64,000 bases of DNA from Macrostomum lignano (Eukaryota): positions 310,001 to 374,000 of the forward strand of contig NIVC01000587.1 in assembly GCA_002269645.1 (NCBI GenBank), written 5' to 3'. How positions within the stretch are numbered: the first letter of the stretch is position 1; each line of letters starts with the position of its first letter. Of this stretch, positions 52,101-64,000 are shown piece by piece. The translations under genes were made by a program, and so were the position numbers. The notes beneath the pieces were generated by a model. That model did not search any database. It saw only the letters and a list, made by a program, of their open reading frames with translations, and was not told the origin of the DNA.

Positions 52101-52593
52101 AACGGGCTCTAGTTTTTCATTATAAGCCTATGCACCAATTAAACATCAACTAACATACAAAATACCACAAAATAATGAACATAAAACAACGGGCACATTA
52201 ATTATCATATACGATCACAAAATATAAAGCTTAAATTAAAATGTCATCCTACCTGCCAGCCGACACTCCTCGACGGCGAATTTGTTCGGCTTCAATTCGA
52301 GCTCTTCGCTGATCTTCGGTTTCCGAAGCGCGTCGCTTCTCCGCACGAATTCTCCCTCCAGACCTACGCTCTTCTCGCTGAGCGACTGTTTCAGTTGCCC
52401 TTCGCCCAGCCTTCTGGTGTCGATCTGCAGCCAGCCGCTCTTCTCGCTGAGCCTCAGTTTCAGTTGCCCTTCGTTGAGCCTCCTGCTGCCGGTTTCCAGC
52501 CAGCCGCTCTTCTCGCTGAACGGCACTCTCTTGCTGACGCTTCTTCTTAGCATCTCTGCTTTTCTTCAAAGCGCTGATACCACGTTGAGCCAT
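46152..52593 (-). CDS. Helitron RepHel transposase with N-terminal OTU protease: charged repeats, OTU, Zn-finger region, HUH Rep, PIF1 helicase; 9 exons, ~1683 aa
   Basis: Exons 52593-52253, 51686-51156, 50996-50412, 50310-49541, 49436-49094, 49006-48709, 48585-47564, 47469-47073 and 46916-46152 sum to 5052 nt with all phases consistent. Motifs GDGNCFF..HY (OTU), PDLFVTATCNPKW, EYQKRGLPHVH, KYVIKY, DAPAGTGKT, WDEISM, GDFRQLLPV, TIHKSQGQSL, HGQLYTALSR. Confidence 0.95.
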
Positions 52594-55219
52594 TTTGCAA
52601 TTTGAATTGAAAAATAAGAATTCAGAGTGAAAATGGAAAGAAAAAATAGTAAGGTGGTTTGAACGACAATAAGAAAAGGAAGATGATAAGAAATCTGTTA
52701 TGAAACGCGTTTTAAACTCAGCGAACCACACCACTCCAAAAAGCTAGACACCCTTTGTATGAGTACATTGTTAATTGTGTACATGTGTACACTAAGTCTG
52801 AATTCTCTCTCCAACACCTTTCTGCTAATTGGTCAAGACTTTGTAGCGTAGCCTAATTTAATTAATTAATTTAAACATCTGTCAGAAGGCTCAGTCGATT
52901 TGTGTAGCAATGTTGGATTTTGGCTTTAGGGGTTTGCGTGTGAATAATTTAGAACTTCGTTTGTTAGCCTTTTATTATTGTCAGTGTACATCTTGAAATA
53001 TCTAATCTCTAATAGAGGCCTCTATGGATGCCTTTACTTAGAAGCGCGATTGATCAAATTATTTATTTTGTCTAGCCTGGGTGATAGAATTTATTGGGTG
53101 CATATGTGGCGCTTTATGATGCAATCATTATTCAATTTTATCGGTTACAGTAAAAGTCACACGAAGCAGTTATGGCATAATCGATTTCTCAGGTAATCGG
53201 AATCAGTATTAATTTTAAAGCAATCTCAATCAAGTTTGGTGCTATGCTTCCACACTGTTTTGATGCTTTTAAAGTTTTCTTTAGTTTTCCTGCGTTAAAA
53301 AGTTTCTGAAAATTCGAACCCACATCGTGCATCAGTTCAGTCTGTTCAACTCTAGGCTAGCTCTCATCGTTTTGATAATATTAATTTTAGCTCTTATACA
53401 TGCAATTCAACACCTTCAACACTCCCGCCTTAGACTAAATCACACGAAGCAGATATGACATAATCAGTTGCTCAAACAGTCAGTATCAGTTTCAGCCAGT
53501 AAAACTCAGTAAAGTTCAGCCAGCACACGGACAATAAATGAATACAATATGGTTACGCAATCTCAATCAAGTCTTGTGCGCATTTTTTGAGACTTTTTCA
53601 ACTTGTTGTTGTGATGTAATTTTTATCACAATCAGAATTCAGCCAGTCAGTTTTTTCTCTAGCATTCTTACAATGCATTTCAGGTCTAAAGAGTTGCTTG
53701 ACCTTTGCAAAAAAGCATGTTTTTCGAATATTTAATCCCTTTAACATTGAGTGATTTCTTAGCCAAGATGCATGTACCGTCCCAGGAAAATTTCTGATCG
53801 AATGGTGCAAGTTTGAAGAAAATCGGTTAAGCCGTTTTTTCTGAAATCTATCTCACAGAGACACACATTTCATTTTTAGTATATAGGAAAACATGCATAT
53901 CCTGCATGCTGGTTGCCTTTACTGCATGCTGGATACTCGTACATATTGCCTGCACAATGACAAACAAACTAGTACCGTCAAAATTCAATATTGTAGCCTA
54001 ATCACAACTGAATAGTATTGCTTTCTATTCGTTTATAAAAAAAACGGGAGTTACATACATTTCACTGTACAGAGTTAGTTATTCCTAAAGCAACTTTCGA
54101 TACATCATCAATTTTGAATATGCTTAATTTTGAGTACAAGTGCCAGCAGCAGGCTTGTTTAAGCTGACTGCGACTGCGATCCCTAAAATACAGATATGGA
54201 TATTAGATATGACTTAGGGGCCTAGCCTAGATAGATGGATTGTCAGAATATCATTAAAATATATCATATCATCATCGTTAGGCCTACTACCTGGTTCTGC
54301 CACACTGACTAGACTAGACTAGACCTATTCTATTGGTTTCATTTCAGATTGGGATCTAGAAAATTTGGAATGGGGTGATTGCAGATTACTAAGGTACTTT
54401 GATTTTTTATTTGATAGGCCTAATTTACAACCTATTTAACAATTGGCATAGGGGCCTAGGCCTAGAAAAATTAAAATCAAACTTGATGGGGTTGGGAAGC
54501 ACATTGATCATTAAATATAGGCCTACCAAATAAATCAAGTTTTAATGCATGCAGCATGGGGATAATAATAAGCTTTTAATATCAAAGCATTTTATTTTTT
54601 AAAACCAAACAAAAATTAAATGGTTAATTTCTAGCATAAAAAGTCCATTAGGCCAGGCCTACATTTATAAAATAAGAATGTTTTGACTATATTCTCATTT
54701 TTGTTATTTAAATTTTGTTTTTGCCCCAAAATTATTGTGGCCATAATCATAGATATTTTGTATCTAGACTTTTCTTTCCTGCAAACATTTATTTTATCAA
54801 AGTCTAGGCCTAGTATAGCTAGGCCTATACAAGGTTATATTATTATTTAATTATGATATATCTATATATTTATATAGCATTAGGTAAGATTATGTTATTT
54901 AACCATTTTCATATTATAGTTCTAAAAAATTATAAAATTTAATGGTTACTTATAATATAAATCTATGTTTATATGCTAGTTTTGTTAATTAATATTTGTT
55001 GCCTTGGATTGGTAATTAAAATTGTTTAAATAATCTATGACCAAATTGGCTTAGGGATAAAATAGTCTATAGGTTTTAGACTATTTTAGGTTTTAGTTTT
55101 AAATGCAAAATTTCCATAGCTAACATAGCTTAAGGGAATAATGACTAGTTATTTTTTAATAGGTTTGCTAATTTGCTTTGTTTTTTACCCAAGAAACAAT
55201 TTTTTTAGATGCAGAATTA

Positions 55220-56620
55220 TATACCTTCTATACCCTCCCTATATTCTCCCTGTACCTTCCATACTCTTCATATATCCATCTTTATCTCTCTACATCCTCC
55301 ATACCCCTTCCCTATACCCTAATGCTCTCTATATACCCTCTGTACACTCTATACCTTCCTATACTCTGTATACTCTCCCTATATCTCTCTATACCCTCCA
55401 TACTCTATACTCTCCCTATACCCATTTATACCCTCCCTATATACCCTCCTTGTACCTCCATACCCTCGCTATACCCTCCATACCCTTCCTATACCCTCCA
55501 TACCCTTCCTATACCTTCCATACCCTTCCTATACCCTCTATACCCTTATACCCTCCCTCAATATGTCCTCCATGCCCTGCCTATATCTCTCCATACCCTC
55601 CATATCCTTCCTATACCCATCCATATCTCTCTATACTCTTCCTATATCCATCAATACCTCTTTACACCCTCCATACCTCCTTATATCCCTTATGCCCTCC
55701 CTATACCCTCCATACCATTCCTATACCCATTTATACCCTTTCTATACCCTCCATACCCTCCCTGTACCCCTTATGCCCTCCATATACTCTTCATGCCCTC
55801 CCTTTACCTTCCATATCGTCCTTGTACCCCTTATGCCCTCCATACACTTCCTATATCCATCCATACCTCTCTACACCCTTGCATACCTTCTCTATACCCT
55901 CCTTATACCCTCAATACTCTCCCTATACCCTCTATACCCTCCCTATACTCTCCATACCCTCCATATTTTTTCTATACCCATACATGGCCTCCTTGTACTC
56001 TCTATGCCTTCCATATACCCTCAATACTCTCCCTATACCCTCCATACCCTTCTATACCCATTCATACCCTCCATATACCCTCCATACCATCCCTATACCC
56101 TCCATACCATTCCTATACCCTCCATACCATTCCTATACCCTCCATACCATCCCTATACCCTTCATACCATCCCTTTACCCTCCTTATAACCTCTCGATAC
56201 CCTCCATACCCTCCATACTTTTTCTATACCCACCCATGGCCTCCCTGTACCCTCTATGCCCTCCATATACCCTCCATACTCTCCCTATACTCTCCATACC
56301 CTTCTATACCCATTCATACCCTCCATATACCCTCCATACCATCCCTATACCCTCCATACCATTCCTATACCCTCCATACAATCCCTATACCCTCCATACC
56401 ATTCCTATACCCTCCATACCATCCCTATACCCTCCAAACCATCCCTATACTCTCCTTATAACCTCTCCATACCCTCCATACCCTCCATACTTTTTCTATA
56501 CCCACCCATGGCCTCCCTGTACCCTCTATGCCCTCCATATACCCTCCATACTCTCCCTATACTCTCCATACCCTTCTATACCCATTCATACCCTCCATAT
56601 ACCCTCCATACCATCCTGCT
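55220..56620. repeat. Degenerate low-complexity (CCATACCCT)-like repeat
   Basis: C/T/A-rich hierarchical repeat; source of the long P/Y/L/S/I ORFs. Confidence 0.9.
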
Positions 56621-56744
56621 TTTCCTTTACTTCTCCTTCCCGCGTTATACTTTTCACTATCCAGCCTCTACTATCCCCTCTTTCCACCTCCAGCGCCTCC
56701 CCCTCTCTAGCCCCTACCCTCTCTTCCTTTACTTTCCAGCCCCC

Positions 56745-57445
56745 ATCCTCTACTCCCCTCCAGCGCCCACCCTCTTCTCCACTCCAGCGCCCTCCCTCTC
56801 CTCCACTCCAGCGCCCTCCCTCTCCTTCACTCCAGCGCCCACCCTCTCCTCCACTCCAGCGCCCTCTCTCTCCTCCACTCCAGCGCCCTCCCTCTCCTCC
56901 ACTCCAGCGCCCTCCCTCTCCTCCACTACAGCTCCCTCCCTCTCCTCCACTCCAGCGCCCTCCCTCTCCTCCACTCCAGCGCCCTCCCTCTCCTCCACCA
57001 CAGCTCCCTCCCTCTCCTCCACTCCAGCGCCCTCCCTCTCCTCCACTACAGCTCCCTCCCTCTCCTCCACTCCAGCGCCCTCCCTCTCCTCCACTCCAGC
57101 GCCCTCCCTCTCCTCCACTACAGCTCCCTCCCTCTCCTCCACTCCAGCGCCCTCCCTCTCCTCCACTCCAGCGCCCTCCCTCTCCTCCACCACAGCTCCC
57201 TCCCTCTCCTCCACTCCAGCGCCCTCTCTCTCCTCCACTCCAGCGCCCTCCCTCTCCTCCACTCCAGCGCCCACCCTCTCCTCCACCACAGCTCCCTCCC
57301 TCTCCTCCACTCCAGCGCCCTCCCTCTCCTCCACCACAGCTCCCTCCCTCTCCTCCACTCCAGCGCCCTCTCTCTCCTCCACTCCAGCGCCCTCCCTCTC
57401 CTCCACTCCAGCGCCCTCCCTCTCCTCCACTCCAGCGCCCACCCT
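56745..57445. repeat. 24-bp minisatellite (CTCCCTCTCCTCCACTCCAGCGCC)n
   Basis: About 29 copies; polypyrimidine-rich. Confidence 0.95.
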
Positions 57446-57925
57446 CTACTCTCCTTGGTTATGCCTTCGTTACGCTCTTCCCTCCTCTCTGTTTTACTTA
57501 CTGTGTCATGCATAACCCGTCTGCTACAGTGTTTTTAAATAGCCTTTTATACCCTCCTCTTTCCCTTACCCCTCCTCCCCGGCGGCTCCCCTTCTCGTAA
57601 CTCTGCTAATAAAATCGTAATTCTTCTTCTCTTCAGAATAATTTGCCCAGCTGCGAACTGTGATGGTGCATACCGGGTACTCGCAATTTAAAAAGCGTAT
57701 GCTTCTTACTGATTTACTGATTTAATTCCGACGCAACCAAGCAAATCGTTTACTTTCAAGTCCGTGCATTTTCGTTCGGCGTTAATGCCGTGTGGCGTTG
57801 GTGTAATACTATCGCGAAATTCAATTTCCAATGTCATTATCTAACTATTGTCGCTTTTCTGTATTACAACTATATACTATACTTCTGCATTTATTGACGT
57901 AACATTGTGCCAATAATGTCACATT

Positions 57926-59331
57926 GTGTGGCCCCAATATGAATCTGTATGCAACTTATAGCGCAATGATCATTTTAATCGCTTGAAATACATTGTAATG
58001 TAATACATGTACTGTATCGCTTTTGGCAATCGAAACGAGACTTTAGCCAGACTCCTCACTGATCCAAATGCTCCTCAAGCAAAGGTACGAGTATATGGAA
58101 AGCAGACTGAGCTCCGCAGACTTGGTATATTTGATCTTCGGATCGCGGATAGAACCAAGGAAATCTTGGTACGTAAATAAAATTGGAGTCACTTTTCCTA
58201 CTTCCACTTTCCCTGCTCTTTCCCTGACCGCAGTCTGTGCCCCAGGCTTAAGTTAGACCAACGCAAAATACTAACCTGAATAGGAAGCAAGCAACTCACT
58301 TCCCACTCTAGTCTTTTTCTGCCACTGTTGTCTTGCAATACTCGCAAAGATCTCGTATGGCGTCCTATTTGAATTGGCGCAAGTCTCGTTTACATAGTCG
58401 AAAGCAATACTGGTGCCAATTATTTGTGTCGATCAAGTTTCCTAGAGAATGATTTGTTGATAACTGTATATTCGCTGTCTTAGAGCTGCACGCTGTGTTT
58501 AACCATTACTTTGTCGTAGAGGAGCTGATGAAGGGAGGCGTTGGGGCGGACCTTTTGGAGGGGCGGAGCTGATGGGGGCGGTAGCGGCGGAGCTTTTGAA
58601 GAGGCGGAGCTGATGGGGGGCGGTAGGGCGGAGCTGATGGGAGTCGGTAGGGGTGGAGCTGATGGGGGGCGGTAGGGGCGGAGCTGATGGGGGCGGTAGG
58701 GGTGGAGCTGATGGGAGTCGGTAGGGTCGGAGCTGATGGGGGGCGGTAGGGGTGGAGCTGATGGGAGTCGGTAGGGTCGGAGCTGATGGGGGGCGGTAGG
58801 GGCGGAGCTGATGGGGGGCGGTAGGGGTGGAGCTGATGGGAGTCGGTAGGGTCGAAGCTGATGGGGGCGGTAGGGTCGGAGCTGATGGGGGCGGTAGGGG
58901 CGGAGCTGATGGGGGGCGGTAGGGGCGGAGCTGATGGGGGCGGTGGTAAGGGCGGACCTGTAATTGGAGGGGCGGACCTGTTGGAGGGGGGGCGATAGGG
59001 GTGGAGCTGATGAAGGGGGACGGTAGGGGCGGAGCTGTTGGAGGGGGTGGTAGGGGCGGAGCTGATGGAGGGGGTCGAAGGGGCGGAGTTGATGGAGGAT
59101 GGTTTTTCTATTTATTCGACCGATTGAAGTATACCAACGTGTACGTGTATTCGAGCTACGCTGGTAGTGTAGTTGTTTGTCTAGTATAGTTTATACATGT
59201 GTATACTGTATGTACATGTAGTCTCACAATCTCATCAAAAGCTAGACATTTTATTTCTTTGGTTAGTAATCGTGGGGATATTAGATCCACATGCAGCTAT
59301 ATCGTCATTCAGTCAAGTTATGAACCCAGTC
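57926..59331. repeat. Left arm of a long inverted repeat (partner 62587-64000, continuing beyond window)
   Basis: The last bases of the window are the reverse complement of 57926 onward; inner breakpoints GAACCCAGTC (59331) / GACTGGGTTC (62587). Identical 62-aa ORFs at 58068(+) and 63670(-). Confidence 0.95.
58520..59095. repeat. ~23-bp G-rich minisatellite (GGGGCGGAGCTGATGGGGGGCGGTA-like) in the left IR arm; mirrored at ~62820-63400
   Basis: About 24 variable copies, present as reverse complement in the right arm. Confidence 0.92.
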
Positions 59332-60497
59332 CCGCTCGACCCAGTTGCACAGATTCTCAATCGGATTGCCAGTCCATGGTGCGGATGTTGTTCTCAGCAA
59401 GCCATGTCTTCACAGCCTTGGAGTTGTGCTTCGGATCGTTGTCCTGCTTAAACTGGCAGCTGTTCTCTGCACTCAGTGCATGGCAGCGCATCTACAGCCT
59501 CTGTCCATGATGCCCTCAATGCGAGTTATTGGCCCAGGTCCAGCTCTGGAGAATGCAGCCCACACCATGACATTGCCATCTCCATGCTTCAAGGAACCAA
59601 CGGGGCACCTGGAATCGAATTCCTCACCAGCTCGGTGGCGCACATACCGGCGACCATCAGAACCAGTGCGGGAAAATTTGCTCTCATCACTCCAGATGAC
59701 CTTGGCCCCAGTCTTGGGGTGTAGAGCTTGCATGTTGCTTCGCCCAGTTCAAGCGCCGCTTCCGGTTTTTGTCGGAGATAAATGGCTTCTTCCTAGCAAT
59801 GCGGCCATGCAGTCCGGCAGCTACCAGACGGCGGCAGACAGTCATGGGGTGCAGCTGGACACCACTGGACACCTGAAGTTCACGGCTGATGTCCACTGCG
59901 GTATAGCCGACGGTTGGACTCGGGCATTCGCACAATTCGTCGATCCAGTCGGTGGTCAGTTTTCGGTGCCCTGCCAGGTCTTGAGGCACAGCCTGTTTTG
60001 CCAGTGCTGCTGTGGCGCCTGAGTGCTTGCTGGACGCACGTTTTCTGCGTACGTGACTTTGGCACGCTGGGAAACTCCTTGGTCGAACAGGGCCCTGATT
60101 TCCCTACACGATTCAGGCGATAGAGCTTTGCCTTTCCCATTCTAGGAGAGTTCGAGATCATTTTTGCTTGGAGTTGTATTGAATTTGATGTTTTGGACTT
60201 GGACTTGGATGTTTTGGACTTTGGAATCAGCAGGGCCACTGTTGTAGCACCTTTTAGCCCAATTAATTAAGTGATCTTATTACTGTGTGACTTATCAAAT
60301 TCGATTGTGAGATAAGGACTTCAATTAAACAGACTCAATTGTGAGTAATTACACAACACATAACTATAATTTGACTGATTGATACCACGGTTATCTATAA
60401 CTGATTAGATTAAATGCTTCCACAATCTGTGAAGGTTATGAAACTAAAAGTTCGAATTTGTGTTAGGTGGTCTTAATTCATTGTGCGCCACTTTATG
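59332..60497 (-). mobile_element. Tc1-family (DD34E) transposon, decayed and 3'-truncated
   Basis: MGKAK start at 60140; GR..RKLT, ARKKPFIS, VIWSDESKF, KHG.GNVMVW, QDNDPKH, LNPIENL. A Tc1-like 5' end TA|CATAAAGTGGCGCACAATG lies at ~60497; no second TIR is seen. Confidence 0.88.
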
Positions 60498-61524
60498 TAT
60501 AATGTTGCTGAGTACTTTCAAGGCTCAATCCAATTACATGTACCATGTCGGAGTGGCCGTCTAAATATGCCTAAAACACACTAAAAATAAAGCCTGAGAA
60601 TTTGCATTTACATTGAGATAAGTAGTAGACCTTGGAACTGGTTAACAGGCCTCAAAACGAGGCAAGTGTTTTAAATTGAAACTAAACTGATACTGAAATT
60701 GAGCATGAAAAAGAAGTACGCTCAAAATCATTCAAAAACGACGTTCATTTGCTCTCACCGTTAATGCATGGAGAGCCGAAATGCCATGGAGAGTGGCGTT
60801 AATTTTAATTCCTGACTACTGGCGGCAGCCCCATCATTTTCTCTATAATGCAGCTGCTATCTCACGGGAGCTGCAAACACAGCTTTTAAATTGGGCTGAG
60901 TAGCTGATTGGGCCGCCTTGTTTCCACGGCGCCTCCGGTGTGCAGGGAATACATGTAGCTGGTCATTCGGGCATGGATCCTTGTCCAGATGTATGAGGGC
61001 ACTACGAAAGTTCTGAGCCATTCGATGGCATTGGATACATGTACGAGTGTCCCTTGACGTGTGCGACAATCGCCCCTGGCCGCAAAACTGTACATGTATG
61101 TAACAACATACTCAGCAACAGTCAAAAGTTCCACCCTCCAAGCGAGATGAATTTTTCACTTATTGCGATCATCGCTATCTGTCGACGTGTTAACACATTT
61201 AGTGCCAAACGTGTGCAGTTACGTGCACTTATACATGTACTTCTGGAAATTTGGTAATGAATTAGTACATTTAGTAGTGTATGAGGCTCGCCAGCGCAAG
61301 AACTCCCTGCAAAAGTCCTCTCAGTCCCTGCATGGCCAATGCGATCTTAGTCCCAGCAGTGTCCCTTCTATTCGACTATGACTTCGAGATAGACAGCTAA
61401 AAGACACTATATGGCAGGTAAGTGCAGTGCCCTTCTAGTCGGAAGTCCGATTTCGATAGCTCCGGTTTGGTGAGCCGGGGCGCACGGACTGGTGGCAGCG
61501 GGTTAGTTAGCCTGCCGGTTAGCT

Positions 61525-61798
61525 AAGGGCCTGTCAACTTAAGCTTATAAAGCGGAGCCCGAGTAACCTATGTACACAAATGATAAGTCATTCTGCTCAC
61601 AGTGACACTAGGAAGCTGGGTTTGCAAAAAAGCGACAAACATATTGGACTTGGGAGAACAAACAAGGGGATACTTAGGGACTAAGATGTCAACTTAAGCT
61701 CATAAAGCACCCTTATTTTCCCCTTGCTTGTTCTCCCAAGTCCAATTTTGTCGCTTTTCCTCGGGCTCCGCTTTAAGAGCTTAAGTTGATAGGCCCTT
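61525..61798. mobile_element. MITE with ~38-bp TIRs and a nested internal inverted repeat
   Basis: AGGGCCTGTCAACTTAAGCTTATAAAGCGGAGCCCGAG / CTCGGGCTCCGCTTTAAGAGCTTAAGTTGATAGGCCCT, plus an inner pair ~61632-61670 / 61718-61755. GGGCC start is Harbinger-like, but the TSD is not clean. Confidence 0.7.
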
Positions 61799-62586
61799 TC
61801 TTCTACCTTTCAAATTCTCCCTGCTTGTCTCTCGCTGTCTTCTCTTAGCTATAGGACCTTGCTGCTCGCCCACAATCTTGCTACCACGGGGCTGACCATC
61901 TGACAGGAGTGAGAAGCCAGAGTTCTAAAGTGATTCATTTCTGAGTTCTGAGGCCCAGAGCTACAGGCTTAAAAAGGCCAAACCCATCAGAATGTTGCGG
62001 AGCTGCGTCATGCCATTGAAAACGCTTGGCAGCAGCTTTCCCAGGACTTTCTGCGCCGCCTCATCCTGGGGATGCCCCGCAGAGTCGCCGCACTTCAGCG
62101 TGCGAGGGATCGTTCTTAAGCATTTGTGATTCTAACTGCATATTGCAAAAAAATAACTGTGTTGATTTTTCTCGAATGACGTTTATTATTGATTCACTCG
62201 CGGCGACTTATTTGCGTAACTCGAGGGTTGAATTGTGAGTGAGAAGTCCTCCCTCCCACAAGTCCGCCTCTACCGGCCTCCCCCTCCATAAGCTCCGTCC
62301 CTATAAGCTTCGACTGTCTCTGCACTGTCTCTCAATCTTGCGAGTGACGCAACTTATAGCTATACGCCACAAGACGACTTGGGTTGAGGAATGAAGTGGG
62401 GGAAGGGGATCGCGGTGTGCGAGAGTTGGACGGATTAAAGCTACGCCTCAGTTTTCTCGGATCTTTTATTTCAGAATAGTCCAAGCTAGAAGCTAGCTCA
62501 CTGGCGCATAGAGTGGCGGCTTTTTTCAATGTTGCTTTGTCAGTGTGGATTCTCAACTTGACTGACAAGATACGAGTATTTTGTAT

Positions 62587-64000
62587 GACTGGGTTCATAA
62601 CTTGACTGAATGACGATATAGCTGCATGTGGATCTAATATCCCCACGATTACTAACCAAAGAAATAAAATGTCTAGCTTTTGATGAGATTGTGAGACTAC
62701 ATGTACATACAGTATACACATGTATAAACTATACTAGACAAACAACTACACTACCAGCGTAGCTCGAATACACGTACACGTTGGTATACTTCAATCGGTC
62801 GAATAAATAGAAAAACCATCCTCCATCAACTCCGCCCCTTCGACCCCCCTCCATCAGCTCCGCCCCTACCACCCCCCTCCAACAGCTCCGCCCCTACCGT
62901 CCCCCCTTCATCAGCTCCACCCCTATCGCCCCCCCTCCAACAGGTCCGCCCCCTCCAATTACAGGTCCGCCCTTACCACCGCCCCCCATCAGCTCCGCCC
63001 CTACCGCCCCCATCAGCTCCGCCCCTACCGCCCCCCATCAGCTCCGACCCTACCGCCCCCCATCAGCTTCGACCCTACCGACTCCCATCAGCTCCACCCC
63101 TACCGCCCCCCATCAGCTCCGCCCCTACCGCCCCCCATCAGCTCCGACCCTACCGACTCCCATCAGCTCCACCCCTACCGCCCCCCATCAGCTCCGACCC
63201 TACCGACTCCCATCAGCTCCACCCCTACCGCCCCCCATCAGCTCCGCCCCTACCGCCCCCCATCAGCTCCACCCCTACCGACTCCCATCAGCTCCGCCCT
63301 ACCGCCCCCCATCAGCTCCGCCTCTTCAAAAGCTCCGCCGCTACCGCCCCCCATCAGCTCCGCCCCTCCAAAAGGTCCGCCCCAACGCCTCCCTTCATCA
63401 GCTCCTCTACGACAAAGTAATGGTTAAACACAGCGTGCAGCTCTAAGACAGCGAATATACAGTTATCAACAAATCATTCTCTAGGAAACTTGATCGACAC
63501 AAATAATTGGCACCAGTATTGCTTTCGACTATGTAAACGAGACTTGCGCCAATTCAAATAGGACGCCATACGAGATCTTTGCGAGTATTGCAAGACAACA
63601 GTGGCAGAAAAAGACTAGAGTGGGAAGTGAGTTGCTTGCTTCCTATTCAGGTTAGTATTTTGCGTTGGTCTAACTTAAGCCTGGGGCACAGACTGCGGTC
63701 AGGGAAAGAGCAGGGAAAGTGGAAGTAGGAAAAGTGACTCCAATTTTATTTACGTACCAAGATTTCCTTGGTTCTATCCGCGATCCGAAGATCAAATATA
63801 CCAAGTCTGCGGAGCTCAGTCTGCTTTCCATATACTCGTACCTTTGCTTGAGGAGCATTTGGATCAGTGAGGAGTCTGGCTAAAGTCTCGTTTCGATTGC
63901 CAAAAGCGATACAGTACATGTATTACATTACAATGTATTTCAAGCGATTAAAATGATCATTGCGCTATAAGTTGCATACAGATTCATATTGGGGCCACAC
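62587..64000. repeat. Right arm of the long inverted repeat
   Basis: Reverse complement of 57926-59331 with only small indels. Confidence 0.95.

Larger units (their letters stand above)
38004..53888 (-). mobile_element. Apparently complete autonomous Helitron, ~15.9 kb, with cargo genes
   Basis: 3' end on the minus strand: hairpin GTCCCCCAACGGGGGGC, 8 nt, then CTAG|T (CTAG at 38004-38007). 5' end: TCCTATATACTAAAAATGAAATG..AACGGCTTAACCGATT starting at 53888. The RepHel gene lies between. The base 5' of the element is T rather than the canonical A. Confidence 0.8.

Noticed and set aside
55141-57600. 819-aa extensin-like Pro-rich ORF
   Set aside because: G-poor low-complexity repeat open in all three plus-strand frames; no signal peptide or unique domain.
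58068-58256. Duplicated 62-aa ORF (also 63670-63858)
   Set aside because: Identical only because it lies in the inverted-repeat arms. There is no domain evidence; possible exons on the opposite strand could not be phased.

Overview
Eukaryotic, repeat-rich animal DNA with GT-AG introns. The many minisatellites and the gene style suggest a free-living flatworm such as Macrostomum, but this is inference and was not verified. There is no prokaryotic operon, CRISPR array or rRNA. Host genes: a candidate neuropeptide precursor (4.9-5.2 kb), a GT32 (Sur1/Och1-like) glycosyltransferase (10.3-12.7 kb, minus), an intronless Slo1/BK channel (15.5-18.7 kb, minus), a 4-exon CUB-like/LDLa/TM receptor (21.4-25.5 kb) and a BPHL-like serine hydrolase (26.8-27.8 kb, minus). 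From 30 kb onward the window is mostly mobile DNA: an RTE-like LINE fragment with a 5' inversion, a non-autonomous hAT element, a decayed full-length P element, several MITEs, a Tc1 remnant and an inverted repeat of at least 1.4 kb running off the window. The main feature is an apparently complete ~15.9 kb Helitron (38004-53888, minus) with both termini visible. It encodes an essentially intact 9-exon OTU-Rep-PIF1 protein (~1683 aa) and carries a divergent gene pair: an RPA70-like double OB-fold gene and a Pro/Tyr-polyQ-CCHC-knuckle-RS gene. Several otherwise conserved genes carry single-base indels in short homopolymers, most likely long-read consensus errors.
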